Assembly: GCA_963711835.1 (NCBI GenBank)
Contig: CAVQFQ010000004.1
Location: 320,001-384,000 of the forward strand
Length of the DNA stretch: 64,000 bases
Origin: an uncultured delta proteobacterium
Lineage (GTDB): Bacteria; Desulfobacterota; RBG-13-43-22
Reading direction: 5' to 3'
Made by a program: the position numbers and the translations under genes
The notes under the pieces: generated by a model
What the model was told of the DNA's origin: nothing
The model's input: only the letters and a program-made list of their open reading frames with translations
Database searches by the model: none
Shown: positions 28,855 to 37,173 of the stretch, in pieces
Layout of the letters: every line of letters starts with the position of its first letter
Position numbering within the stretch: the stretch's first letter is position 1

Positions 28855-30036
28855 TTGATGAAAAAAAAATTCACTTTCCCCTGTTATTTTTTTAAGACAA
28901 ATTATGCCGGTATAATAAGCGAGAGGGTAACGATTTTATTATTAACAATAGTATTAATATTATCATCTTCGATACCATTACCTTTTATTAGTCCCGTTAA
29001 TGTCCATGCCGAAGTTTCTTTTGTCAAGCTACCCGATCCGGCATCCTTACCGCCGGACCCTGGAGTTGGCGTCGCCTTCAGTCCCGATTCCCAATACATG
29101 GCAGTAGCCCATTTTACTTATACTACCTCCACCAATATCACCATATACAAGAGAAGCGGCGATACATTCACCAAGCTGCCCGACCCCTCGGATCTGCCCG
29201 CTGGCAATGGACTTGGTGTGGCCTTCAGCCCCGACTCCACCTATCTGGCGTTGGCTCATGCCGAGAGCCCCTTTGTTACCATATTCAAAAGGAGTGGTGA
29301 TACATTCACCAAGCTGACCAACCCCATGGACATACTGCCGGATGGCTATGGGTATGGAATTGCCTTTAGCCCCAACTCCGCCTACCTGGCGGTAATTCCC
29401 TGGAACGGTACCTATATAAATATTTACAAGATTGGGGCCGGAGACACATTCACCAAATTGATTAACCAGCCAGATATACTGCCTAGTTCCAATGGACGTT
29501 ACATAGCTTTTAGTCACGACTCCACGTATATGGCGGTAACCCTTGAGAGCAATCCCAATATCACCATGTACAAAAGGGCCGGTGATTCCTTTACCAGACT
29601 GCCCATACCGGCACTGGGCGGTCGTGGACAAGGTGTAACCTTTAACCACGATTCCATCTACCTGGCAGTAGGAAGTGATAGTGAATATGGTAGTCCCGTG
29701 ATTACTGTATACAAGAGAGACGGCGACTCCTTCACCACGCTGCCCGGTCCGGCATATCAGCCTCCTGGCACTGTTGAGGGTGTTTCTTTTAACCCCGACT
29801 CCAGCTATTTGGCAGCTTCACATAGTGGCATACCTTCTATCTCTATATACAAAAGAAGTGGAGACACCTTCACCAAGTTGGCAGACCCGGCGGGGTCATT
29901 GACCTCTAACACCGGAACTGGCATAGCCTTCAGTCCTTTATCTCAGTACCTGGCAGTGGCTCTATATTTCACCCCATATATCAACATATACAAATACTAT
30001 GTTGAGATGTTTCTCCCGCTGGTTCTCAGGAATTGA
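28855..30036 (+). CDS. secreted beta-propeller repeat protein (WD40/lactonase-like)
   Basis: N-terminal hydrophobic segment; about seven ~44-aa repeats GVAFSPDSxYLAV...IYKRSGDTFTKL; ends FLPLVLRN. Confidence 0.8.
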   Translation: MMKKKFTFPCYFFKTNYAGIISERVTILLLTIVLILSSSIPLPFISPVNVHAEVSFVKLPDPASLPPDPGVGVAFSPDSQYMAVAHFTYTTSTNITIYKRSGDTFTKLPDPSDLPAGNGLGVAFSPDSTYLALAHAESPFVTIFKRSGDTFTKLTNPMDILPDGYGYGIAFSPNSAYLAVIPWNGTYINIYKIGAGDTFTKLINQPDILPSSNGRYIAFSHDSTYMAVTLESNPNITMYKRAGDSFTRLPIPALGGRGQGVTFNHDSIYLAVGSDSEYGSPVITVYKRDGDSFTTLPGPAYQPPGTVEGVSFNPDSSYLAASHSGIPSISIYKRSGDTFTKLADPAGSLTSNTGTGIAFSPLSQYLAVALYFTPYINIYKYYVEMFLPLVLRN

Positions 30037-30118
30037 GCGAGTGATTTAGGCAAAACTGCTGATATCAGTAAAGCTGATCTGCATCGACCTCGTTGAATGA
30101 TAGAGAAGGAGGATTGCC

Positions 30119-30892
30119 ATGAGTGAATACCGAGGGGTTGCCATCGTGACCGGATCATCAAGGGGGGTTGGGTCGGCAACGGCAAGATTGCTTGCCAAGG
30201 AAGGCTTTGATGTCGTCGTAAATTATTCGAAGAGCGAAGGAGGAGCGAAGGAAACGATTGCCGCCTGCGAAGCCCTTGGAGCAAAGACCCTGCTCTGTCA
30301 GGCAGATGTCTCGCAGGACGCTGATTGTCGCCGCATGGTCGCGGAAGTGGTAAAAAAGTGGGGAGGCGTTGATGCCCTGGTGAACAACGCCGGGATCACG
30401 AAATTCTGTGCTGCTGATAATCTCGAAGGTCTCAGCAAGGAGGATTTTCTCAATATATATGCCGTCAATCTGGTTGGCCCTTATCAGATGATAAGGGCGG
30501 TAGCCCCCCACATGAAAGAGAAGGGGAAAGGGGTTGTCGTCAATGTCGCATCCGTCGCCGGGGTGACTGCGATCGGAAGTTCAGTTGCCTATGTCGCCTC
30601 GAAGGCAGCCCTGATCGCCATGACGAAAGCCCTTGCCCGGGCCCTCGGCCCGGAAATCCGCATAAACGCCGTCTGCCCGGGTTTCATCCAGGGTGAATGG
30701 CTGAAGGAGGGCATGGGCGAGGCGTTCTATGAGACTGTAAAGAATTACCTGGAAAGCACCTTACCGTTACGCGCCACATGTACATCGGAGAAGGTAGCGG
30801 AAGCCATCTTCTTTTTTATACGGGGAGCCGATCTCGTCACCGGTGAAACCCTGCTCTTCGACGGTGGTCAACACCTGGGAAAGCTTATGTAG
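30119..30892 (+). CDS. short-chain dehydrogenase/reductase
   Basis: TGSSRGVG, NNAG, YVASK, INAVCPG; AAGGAGG RBS. Confidence 0.92.
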   Translation: MSEYRGVAIVTGSSRGVGSATARLLAKEGFDVVVNYSKSEGGAKETIAACEALGAKTLLCQADVSQDADCRRMVAEVVKKWGGVDALVNNAGITKFCAADNLEGLSKEDFLNIYAVNLVGPYQMIRAVAPHMKEKGKGVVVNVASVAGVTAIGSSVAYVASKAALIAMTKALARALGPEIRINAVCPGFIQGEWLKEGMGEAFYETVKNYLESTLPLRATCTSEKVAEAIFFFIRGADLVTGETLLFDGGQHLGKLM

Positions 30893-30902
30893 AAAATAAT
30901 AG

Positions 30903-30943
30903 GGGACATTCGTGCAGGGATTGCTTGGGAGCCTATAAGAAAT
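30903..30943 (+). repeat. GGGACGTTCGTGCAG element, left arm (copy E)
   Basis: GGGACATTCGTGCAGGGATTGCTTGGGAGCCTATAAGAAAT, 10 nt after the SDR stop. Confidence 0.88.
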
Positions 30944-31005
30944 GTTCACATGGCAAGTGCTGCGGCTGCGTTGCTGGCCTTGCTATCTGAATGGAAATAG
31001 AAGAC

Positions 31006-31070
31006 CGATAACCAGCGGTTGCACCGGATCGGCCATGAAGCGGGCCTCCCGGCGACCCGCGATGTTGAGC
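31006..31070 (+). repeat. integron attC site
   Basis: CGATAAC ... GTTGAGC cores, 65 bp; GCGGTTGC.CCGG..GGCC / GGCC..CCGGCGACCCGC imperfect stem. Confidence 0.75.
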
Positions 31071-31118
31071 TCAAGACGGATTGGGTTCACCTGCCCTCGT
31101 TGCTGGTCAGGTTTACTA

Positions 31119-31156
31119 TTGACATCGCCTGGTGCTACACGTATAGTACACGTATA
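31119..31156 (+). promoter_or_regulatory. sigma70 promoter and operator of the TA operon
   Basis: TTGACA-17 bp-TATAGT; tandem TACACGTATA repeats overlapping the -10. Confidence 0.75.
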
Positions 31157-31168
31157 AGGAGGCATGCG

Positions 31169-31399
31169 ATGCAGAAAAAGCTAACCATAACCGTGGATGA
31201 AGTAGTCTATGAGGGGCTCCACAAGACAATCGGTCCTCGCAAAATAAGCAAGTTCATTCAGGAATTGGTCCGGCCTCACGTCATACGGCCCGATCTCGAG
31301 TCGGCTTATGCCGAAATGGCTAAGGACAAGAAGCGGGAGAAAGAGGCCATGGAATGGGCTGAGGTTACCTTCAAGGACATAGTTCATGAAAAGGTGTGA
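31169..31399 (+). CDS. antitoxin of the PemK/MazF module
   Basis: [10 protein letters not shown]...YAEMAKD..RE.EA.EW; AAGGAGG RBS; overlaps the toxin start. Confidence 0.8.
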   Translation: MQKKLTITVDEVVYEGLHKTIGPRKISKFIQELVRPHVIRPDLESAYAEMAKDKKREKEAMEWAEVTFKDIVHEKV

Positions 31400-31709
31400 G
31401 GTTTGGTGGGTTAACTTTGACCCTTCAATTGGTGGTGAGATCAGAAAGAAGCGGCCTGCCGTAATTGTAAGTAATGACACGTCTAATAGGTTCCTTAACC
31501 GAGTTCAGGTCGTCCCTCTAACCAGTAATGTAGATCGCCTCTATCCCAGCGAGGCAGCGGTCGTCTTTGAAGGGAAAGAAAGCAAGGCTATGGCAGATCA
31601 GTTGGCGACTGTTAGCAAGGAAAGGCTTTTCCAACGAGCCGGCGTTCTGTCCCAGAAGGATATGTGTAAGATCGAGGAAGCCATCAAGGTCCAACTGGAT
31701 ATTCATTAG
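31386..31709 (+). CDS. mazF: PemK/MazF family endoribonuclease toxin
   Basis: [33 protein letters not shown]. Confidence 0.9.
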   Translation: MKRCEVWWVNFDPSIGGEIRKKRPAVIVSNDTSNRFLNRVQVVPLTSNVDRLYPSEAAVVFEGKESKAMADQLATVSKERLFQRAGVLSQKDMCKIEEAIKVQLDIH

Positions 31710-31721
31710 AAAACCGTAAAA

Positions 31722-31863
31722 GGGCACGTTGGTGCAGGAAGTGCTTGCGGGCTTATAGGGAATAGTTAATTGCCAACCATGCCAAAGTGAGCAAGGTTAA
31801 ACACTTCGTGGGGGCCATGGGACAGGTTGAGAGGCGTGTTATCCCGGGGTGACCGATGGGCGT
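31722..31863 (+). repeat. GGGACGTTCGTGCAG element, left arm plus middle (copy F)
   Basis: Runs from the left-arm sequence into ATCCCGGGGTGACCGATGGGCG, which is shared with the right arms, linking both halves. Confidence 0.88.
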
Positions 31864-31918
31864 TTCGACCCAACAAACTCGTGGCAGGGGTCAACGCCGC
31901 ATTATGCGAGGATGAGGA

Positions 31919-32287
31919 ATGGAATTCGACAAAATCAACCTTTTGGAAAAGTTCGCAAAGCTGCCCGCTGGCGACTATGCAGTGGGGCTGATCGCCAAGA
32001 TGAATGACTATGAGTTCAAAATCGTGAAATTCAAAGGCGACTTCGTCTGGCACAGTCACCCTGATACAGACGAGACATTTATCATCATAGAGGGAACGCT
32101 TGTAATGAACTTCCACGACCGAAAGGTGGAAGTTCAAACTGGAGAGATGATTGTCATCCCGAAAGGTCTCGAACATAAGCCTTCTTCTGAGAACGGATAC
32201 AAAGCCCTCCTCATTGAGCCGGAGGGAGTGCCCAATACCGGTGATGTTCAGAGCGAAATGACCATCGCAAAGGTTGAATGGGTGTAA
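31919..32287 (+). CDS. cupin domain protein
   Basis: GDFVWHSHPDTDE, GEMIVIPKGLEH, PNTGD. Confidence 0.88.
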   Translation: MEFDKINLLEKFAKLPAGDYAVGLIAKMNDYEFKIVKFKGDFVWHSHPDTDETFIIIEGTLVMNFHDRKVEVQTGEMIVIPKGLEHKPSSENGYKALLIEPEGVPNTGDVQSEMTIAKVEWV

Positions 32288-32389
32288 AAGTGATGATCGG
32301 GCCAACCCCGGTTTGGATCGACACCATCCATTCGTTTTAGCCGTTCAGCTGTCCTAATTCATTGCAAGGTTTGTCGAAAGGACTTTCCG

Positions 32390-32737
32390 GTGAACCTTAT
32401 CGAGAAAATAGCCAATGGCATAGCACAAACGAAGTTTGCAAGCAAAGCCATCAATGAACGTGCAGACCTCAGTGCATTCAAGCAGAAACCAACAGTACAG
32501 AATACTTTTGGAATATTTCTGATGTGTTGTAGTTACATCATTGGCTGGCCAGCGGTAGGGTTGACCGGAGCTTTATCGATTTACTGGAGCCAGCCTTTGC
32601 TAATTATCATAGGAGCACCCATCTTCCTTATAACTGCCCACCTGGTTTTTTTACTGGGAATGTATTTAGCTGGGGGCAGATATGTCATGATACTCCTTAG
32701 ATGGGTCACACGGGTCACGCTTGAGAAGCTGATGTGA
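32390..32737 (+). CDS. hypothetical membrane protein
   Basis: 115 aa with 2-3 hydrophobic segments; same orientation as the array. Confidence 0.65.
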   Translation: MNLIEKIANGIAQTKFASKAINERADLSAFKQKPTVQNTFGIFLMCCSYIIGWPAVGLTGALSIYWSQPLLIIIGAPIFLITAHLVFLLGMYLAGGRYVMILLRWVTRVTLEKLM

Positions 32738-32859
32738 GGAGAGACGGTCTATCGTCATCCCGTTGAAGGGGACGTAGCTCCGATAATTCCGTTAATATTT
32801 TTCTCTCTCTTCTTGGCCCAGGTTTTTAAGCAGAGTTTGTAATGAGCAAATCATAAAAG

Positions 32860-32903
32860 GGGACGTTCGTGCAGAGATTGCTTGGGGGCCTATAAGAAAT
32901 AGG
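32860..32903 (+). repeat. GGGACGTTCGTGCAG element, left arm (copy G)
   Basis: GGGACGTTCGTGCAGAGATTGCTTGGGGGCCTATAAGAAATAGG. Confidence 0.9.
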
Positions 32904-32916
32904 CCGCATTAGGGCT

Positions 32917-33591
32917 ATGATTATGGGACAGGAATTAAAAAACATAGAGCGGATGTACGATACAGTAGCCAAAGAATATTCGGATACATTTTCTGGTGAA
33001 CACGAAAAAAAACCGAAAGATCAAGAAATACTCCACAGATTCTCGCAAGAGATCGGGGGCAGAAGGCCGGTTTGGGATTTCGGCTGTGGTCCCGGTCAAA
33101 CTACAAACTACCTGAAAAACCTTGGTATTGAAATCTCAGGGCTGGATCTGTCAGAAAAAATACTGGAACAGGCAAGAACAATTCATCCAGAGATACACTT
33201 CCGAAAGGGAAATATTCTTGAACTCGAATTTGAAAACGACTCAATAGGCGGTGTTGTTGCTTTCTATGCTATTGTTCACTTTACAGAAGAACAAGTAGAA
33301 ATAGCCTTTCGTGAAGCATTTCGTGTATTACAGCCGGGTGGATTATTCCTTTTCACATACCACATCGGTGAGGAGACAATCCACTTAGACGAGTTTCTCG
33401 GTAAGAAAATCGATATAGATTTCATGTTTTTCACTACTGATTTCATTTTCAGTTGTCTAAAGGCCAGTGGATTTGAAAAGATAGAGATAATTGAGAGAGA
33501 CCCATACCCCGGGGTGGAGTACGAAAGCCGAAGGGCTTATGTGTTTGCGATAAAGCCAGTCGTGCCAAAATCGCTCAACCCTGCGTTATAA
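32917..33591 (+). CDS. class I SAM-dependent methyltransferase
   Basis: DFGCGPG, GLDLS, RVLQPGG. Confidence 0.88.
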   Translation: MIMGQELKNIERMYDTVAKEYSDTFSGEHEKKPKDQEILHRFSQEIGGRRPVWDFGCGPGQTTNYLKNLGIEISGLDLSEKILEQARTIHPEIHFRKGNILELEFENDSIGGVVAFYAIVHFTEEQVEIAFREAFRVLQPGGLFLFTYHIGEETIHLDEFLGKKIDIDFMFFTTDFIFSCLKASGFEKIEIIERDPYPGVEYESRRAYVFAIKPVVPKSLNPAL

Positions 33592-33594
33592 AGC

Positions 33595-33629
33595 GGGACG
33601 TTCGTGCAGAGATTGCTTGAGGGCTTATA
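33595..33629 (+). repeat. GGGACGTTCGTGCAG element, left arm (copy H); right boundary of array 2
   Basis: 35 nt identical to the start of copy A at 1368. Confidence 0.92.
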
Positions 33630-33645
33630 CGGCTGGATGAAACGC

Positions 33646-33879
33646 TCAGTTTTCTAATAGCTTCTCGATTTCTTCCTGGTTGAATCCGACCAGAAACTGT
33701 TCTCCCTTCTGAATCACCGGCACCCGTTTCTGGCGGGTCAGTTTGAGCATGCGGACCACGGCGGCCTGGTCCTGGGAGAGGTCAACCTCCTGAAAGGCGA
33801 TTTTTTTCTGACGAAGGAACTCCTTCGTGGCCAGGCACTCCGGTCAGGATGGCAGGGAGTAAACCAGTGGTTCTTCCAT
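33646..33879 (-). CDS. selenocysteine-containing glutaredoxin-like protein (UxxC)
   Basis: Hand translation MEEPLVYSLPS(U)PECLATKEFLRQKKIAFQEVDLSQDQAAVVRMLKLTRQKRVPVIQKGEQFLVGFNQEEIEKLLEN; TGA at 33844-33846; hairpin at 33811-33828; GAGAGGA RBS. Confidence 0.85.
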
Positions 33880-33913
33880 AATCGTCATTCCTCTCTTGCC
33901 CTCTTTAAGGGAC

Positions 33914-34906
33914 TTAAAAGGCTCTTTCCGGACCCTTGGAGTACAAGGCCAAATCCTTTTCGACCATTTCCCGGATCAGTTCCTCAAAGCTGACCCTTGG
34001 CCTCCAACCCAGGACCCTCTCCGCCTTGGAGTAATTGCCCATCAGGACCATGACTTCCGAGGGCCGGTAAAGGGTCGGGTCGATATCCAGGTAGTTTCGA
34101 AAATCCAATTCCAGCAAAGCGAAGGCCTTCTTTAGAAAATCTTCAACGGAATGGCATTGTCCGGTGGCAATGACATAATCGTCCGGCTTCTCTTGCTGGA
34201 GCATCAGCCACATGGCCTGGACATAATCCCGGGCGTGTCCCCAATCTCGTTTGGCCTGAATGTTTCCCAGTTTGATCCGCTTTTCCCGGCCTAATTTAAT
34301 TAAGGCGGCCTGAGACGTTATTTTACGGGTGACAAATTCGTGCCCCCGGCGGGGAGACTCGTGATTAAATAATATGCCGCAGGAAGCATGCAGGTTATAG
34401 GCCTCCCGGTAATTGCGGGTCAGTTCAAAACCGGCCACTTTGGAAATGCCGTAGGGGGAACGGGGATGAAAAGGGGTATTTTCATCCTGCGGGGTCTCCC
34501 GGACCTTTCCAAAGGTCTCGCTGGAAGCGGCAAAATAAAACCGGCAGCGGGGGGCCTTTTGTTTTATGGAGGACAGCAAATAATGGGTGCCGTTGATATT
34601 GGTATTGATGGTCGAAAATTCATCTTCAAAGGAATAGCTGACGAAGCTCTGGGCCGCCAGATGATAACATTCATCCGGTTGAACCGCTTCGATAACGTTG
34701 AAGAGGCTGGGGTAACTTTCCATGGAACCGGCGTGCAGGGTAATTTTATCCAGGATATGGCGCAGCCGCCAAAGGCGATGGAGAGGATCTTCCAGGGCCA
34801 TGCGGCGGACGATGCCATGGACCTCATACCCCTTGGAAAGTAAAAGTTCGCTCAAATAACTTCCATCCTGACCTGTTATTCCGGTAATCAAGGCACGTTT
34901 CATCAT
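33914..34906 (-). CDS. gmd: GDP-mannose 4,6-dehydratase
   Basis: ALITGITGQDGSYL, LAAQSFV, PRSPYG.SK, FNHESPRRG, RDWGHA. Confidence 0.96.
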   Translation of the reverse strand: MMKRALITGITGQDGSYLSELLLSKGYEVHGIVRRMALEDPLHRLWRLRHILDKITLHAGSMESYPSLFNVIEAVQPDECYHLAAQSFVSYSFEDEFSTINTNINGTHYLLSSIKQKAPRCRFYFAASSETFGKVRETPQDENTPFHPRSPYGISKVAGFELTRNYREAYNLHASCGILFNHESPRRGHEFVTRKITSQAALIKLGREKRIKLGNIQAKRDWGHARDYVQAMWLMLQQEKPDDYVIATGQCHSVEDFLKKAFALLELDFRNYLDIDPTLYRPSEVMVLMGNYSKAERVLGWRPRVSFEELIREMVEKDLALYSKGPERAF

Positions 34907-36079
34907 TCATCCATTTCGATTTAATTTTTGAACTATGGTTTGGAGTATGCGCTCTTTAAAGATTTCCCGGTCGAATTGAAGGGCATGGTCCCGGATCCTG
35001 GCCGGATTCAAGAGATGGGCGTGTTGCTCGAGTCTGGCCACCGCCTCCCGGAGCGCGGCCTCGGTCTGTTCCTGGAAAAGGACCCCGCTGAAAAAATCCC
35101 TTCGCCCTTCCAGGTAGTCCTCAAGGGGGACCACCGTTTCCAGGACCCCTCCCCGGCCGTAGGCCACCACCGGCCGGCCGGAGGCCTGGGCCTCCAGCGG
35201 CGTGATCCCGGCGTCTTCTTCACCGGGAAAAATCAAGGCCCGGCATTCGCCGTAAAGTTGTTTTAAGTTTTCATCCGACTGCCAGCCCAACCAGGAAATG
35301 TTCCGGCCGGATTCTTTTTGCAAAGAGGCCATCAAAGGCCCGCTGCCGGCGACCCGCAGCGGTTTTTTGCTCCGGTTAAAGGCCGAAACGGCCAGATCAA
35401 TCCGTTTATAGGGGGCCAGGGCCGTTACCATCAAATAATAGTCCCGGGGTTGAAAAGACAGGTCGAAGTGCTTCGTGTCCACCGGAACCGGGATGACCTC
35501 GGCCTCGCGGCGGTAGTATTTTAAAATGCGCCGGCGAACATTTTCGGAATCAGCCAGGAGATAGTCCACCTTCCGGCTGGTGCGCACGTCCCAGCGCCGG
35601 AGTATTCCGGCCAGAGCGGGCATGGCCATTTTGACCAGAAACCCGGCCGAGGAATTCCTGCCGAAATAACTGTCGTACATGTCCCAGATATAGCGTATGG
35701 GAGTAAACACATAGGAGATATGGAGCGTGGGAGGATGGATACGAACCCCCTTGGCCACACAATGACTGCCGGACAGGACCAGGTCATAGCCTCTTAAATC
35801 CATACTCCGGACGGCGAATGGAAAAAGGGGGAGATAATGGCGATACCTTTTTTCAACCCCGGGAAGGTGCTGGGCCCAGGTAGTCAGGATCCGGTGCCGT
35901 TCAATAGTCGGCGAAACAGACCCCTTGACATGGAGGAGGGTATAGAGGTCGGCCTGGGGAAAGATTTCGCAAAAGCATTCCAGGCACTTTTCACCGCCGC
36001 GCATACCGGTCAACCAGTCGTGGACCAGGGCCACCCGCAAAGAGGAAAGAGAGGTTTTATTTCGCCGGATTTGGGTCAT
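34907..36079 (-). CDS. glycosyltransferase family 4
   Basis: VHDWLTGMRGGE, EDAGITPLEAQASG. Confidence 0.9.
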   Translation of the reverse strand: MTQIRRNKTSLSSLRVALVHDWLTGMRGGEKCLECFCEIFPQADLYTLLHVKGSVSPTIERHRILTTWAQHLPGVEKRYRHYLPLFPFAVRSMDLRGYDLVLSGSHCVAKGVRIHPPTLHISYVFTPIRYIWDMYDSYFGRNSSAGFLVKMAMPALAGILRRWDVRTSRKVDYLLADSENVRRRILKYYRREAEVIPVPVDTKHFDLSFQPRDYYLMVTALAPYKRIDLAVSAFNRSKKPLRVAGSGPLMASLQKESGRNISWLGWQSDENLKQLYGECRALIFPGEEDAGITPLEAQASGRPVVAYGRGGVLETVVPLEDYLEGRRDFFSGVLFQEQTEAALREAVARLEQHAHLLNPARIRDHALQFDREIFKERILQTIVQKLNRNG

Positions 36080-37167
36080 TTTTTTAGGGTGCGGCCCAGG
36101 GTCTTATAGGTATTTAGGACGATGCGGGTGGTTTTCTCCCAGGAATACTCCTGGGCCCGCTGAAGCCCCTGGTGCCTGAGCTCCCGGGACAGGCCGGGAT
36201 CATCAAGGACCTGTTTGATTCCCCGGACAATGGCCTCGACCTGAAAGGGGTCCACCTGGATCCCGGCCCGGCCGACGATTTCCGGCAGGGAACTTCGATT
36301 GCCTACCAGCACCGGACAGCCGCAGGCCATGGCCTCCAGGACGGGCAGGCCGAAGCCTTCATAAAGCGAGGGGGCCAAAAGCAATTGGGCCCGGGAATAC
36401 AAGGCGCGAAGCTCTTCATCGGAACAATGCGGAAAATTGATGATCCGGTCAGCCAATTCAGGCGGGATGGCCTGAAGGGTCAGCCCGACCACCACCAGCT
36501 TCCCGGGATAGGCCTGTTCCCGGACCAGCTTTTGGAAAGCGGACACGACCCGGATGCTATTCTTATGGGGTTTCGGATTGCCCACAAAAAGTAAAAATCC
36601 AGAACCCTGGCCACCGTCCGGGGAGAGGAGGGGGGGTTCCGGCCGGGGGAACCAAAAAGAATCAATTCCGTTGGGAGTAACCGTGATTTTATCCGGGTTT
36701 CCCTTGAGATAAAGCTGAATATCTTTCCTGGAATGGTCGGAGACCGTAAACACCTGAAGGCAGCGGGCCACGGCCGGCCGGAGAACCATCCTGTAATAGA
36801 TCCGGTGAAGCGGGCTGTAGTCCTTGGGAAAAACCAGATGGATGAGATCATGGATCGTCAGCAACCCCTTTCGAACAAAGGCCAAGGGGAGGGTATAGGT
36901 GGGGGAATGATAGAGATCAAATTTCTCTCTCCGTAAAAGAAGAGGGAGCTGCCATTGTTCCTGGAGGGAGTAGAGGGGTATAGGGGTGCTGATCCAGCGC
37001 GCTGTCTCAGTCCGGGGCAAGGATTCTTTCCTTCCCTCCGGACCGGTCAGGATGAAGTATTCATTTTCAAGGTCCTGGGACAGCAGGCCGTCGAGAAGGC
37101 GGCCGGCATAACGGGCTATGCCGTGCATCTGAGCTCCAAGAACCCGGGCATCAAAGAGGATCCTCAT
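36076..37167 (-). CDS. glycosyltransferase family 4 (mannosyltransferase-like)
   Basis: TIHDL, PHKN, PSLYEGFGLPVLEAMACG. Confidence 0.9.
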   Translation of the reverse strand: MRILFDARVLGAQMHGIARYAGRLLDGLLSQDLENEYFILTGPEGRKESLPRTETARWISTPIPLYSLQEQWQLPLLLRREKFDLYHSPTYTLPLAFVRKGLLTIHDLIHLVFPKDYSPLHRIYYRMVLRPAVARCLQVFTVSDHSRKDIQLYLKGNPDKITVTPNGIDSFWFPRPEPPLLSPDGGQGSGFLLFVGNPKPHKNSIRVVSAFQKLVREQAYPGKLVVVGLTLQAIPPELADRIINFPHCSDEELRALYSRAQLLLAPSLYEGFGLPVLEAMACGCPVLVGNRSSLPEIVGRAGIQVDPFQVEAIVRGIKQVLDDPGLSRELRHQGLQRAQEYSWEKTTRIVLNTYKTLGRTLKK

Positions 37168-37173
37168 GGAACC

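Noticed and set aside
1368-33629. CRISPR array made of the 35-nt GGGACGTTCG... repeat
   Set aside because: Copies are hundreds to thousands of bases apart, separated by genes, vary in length, and no cas genes are present.
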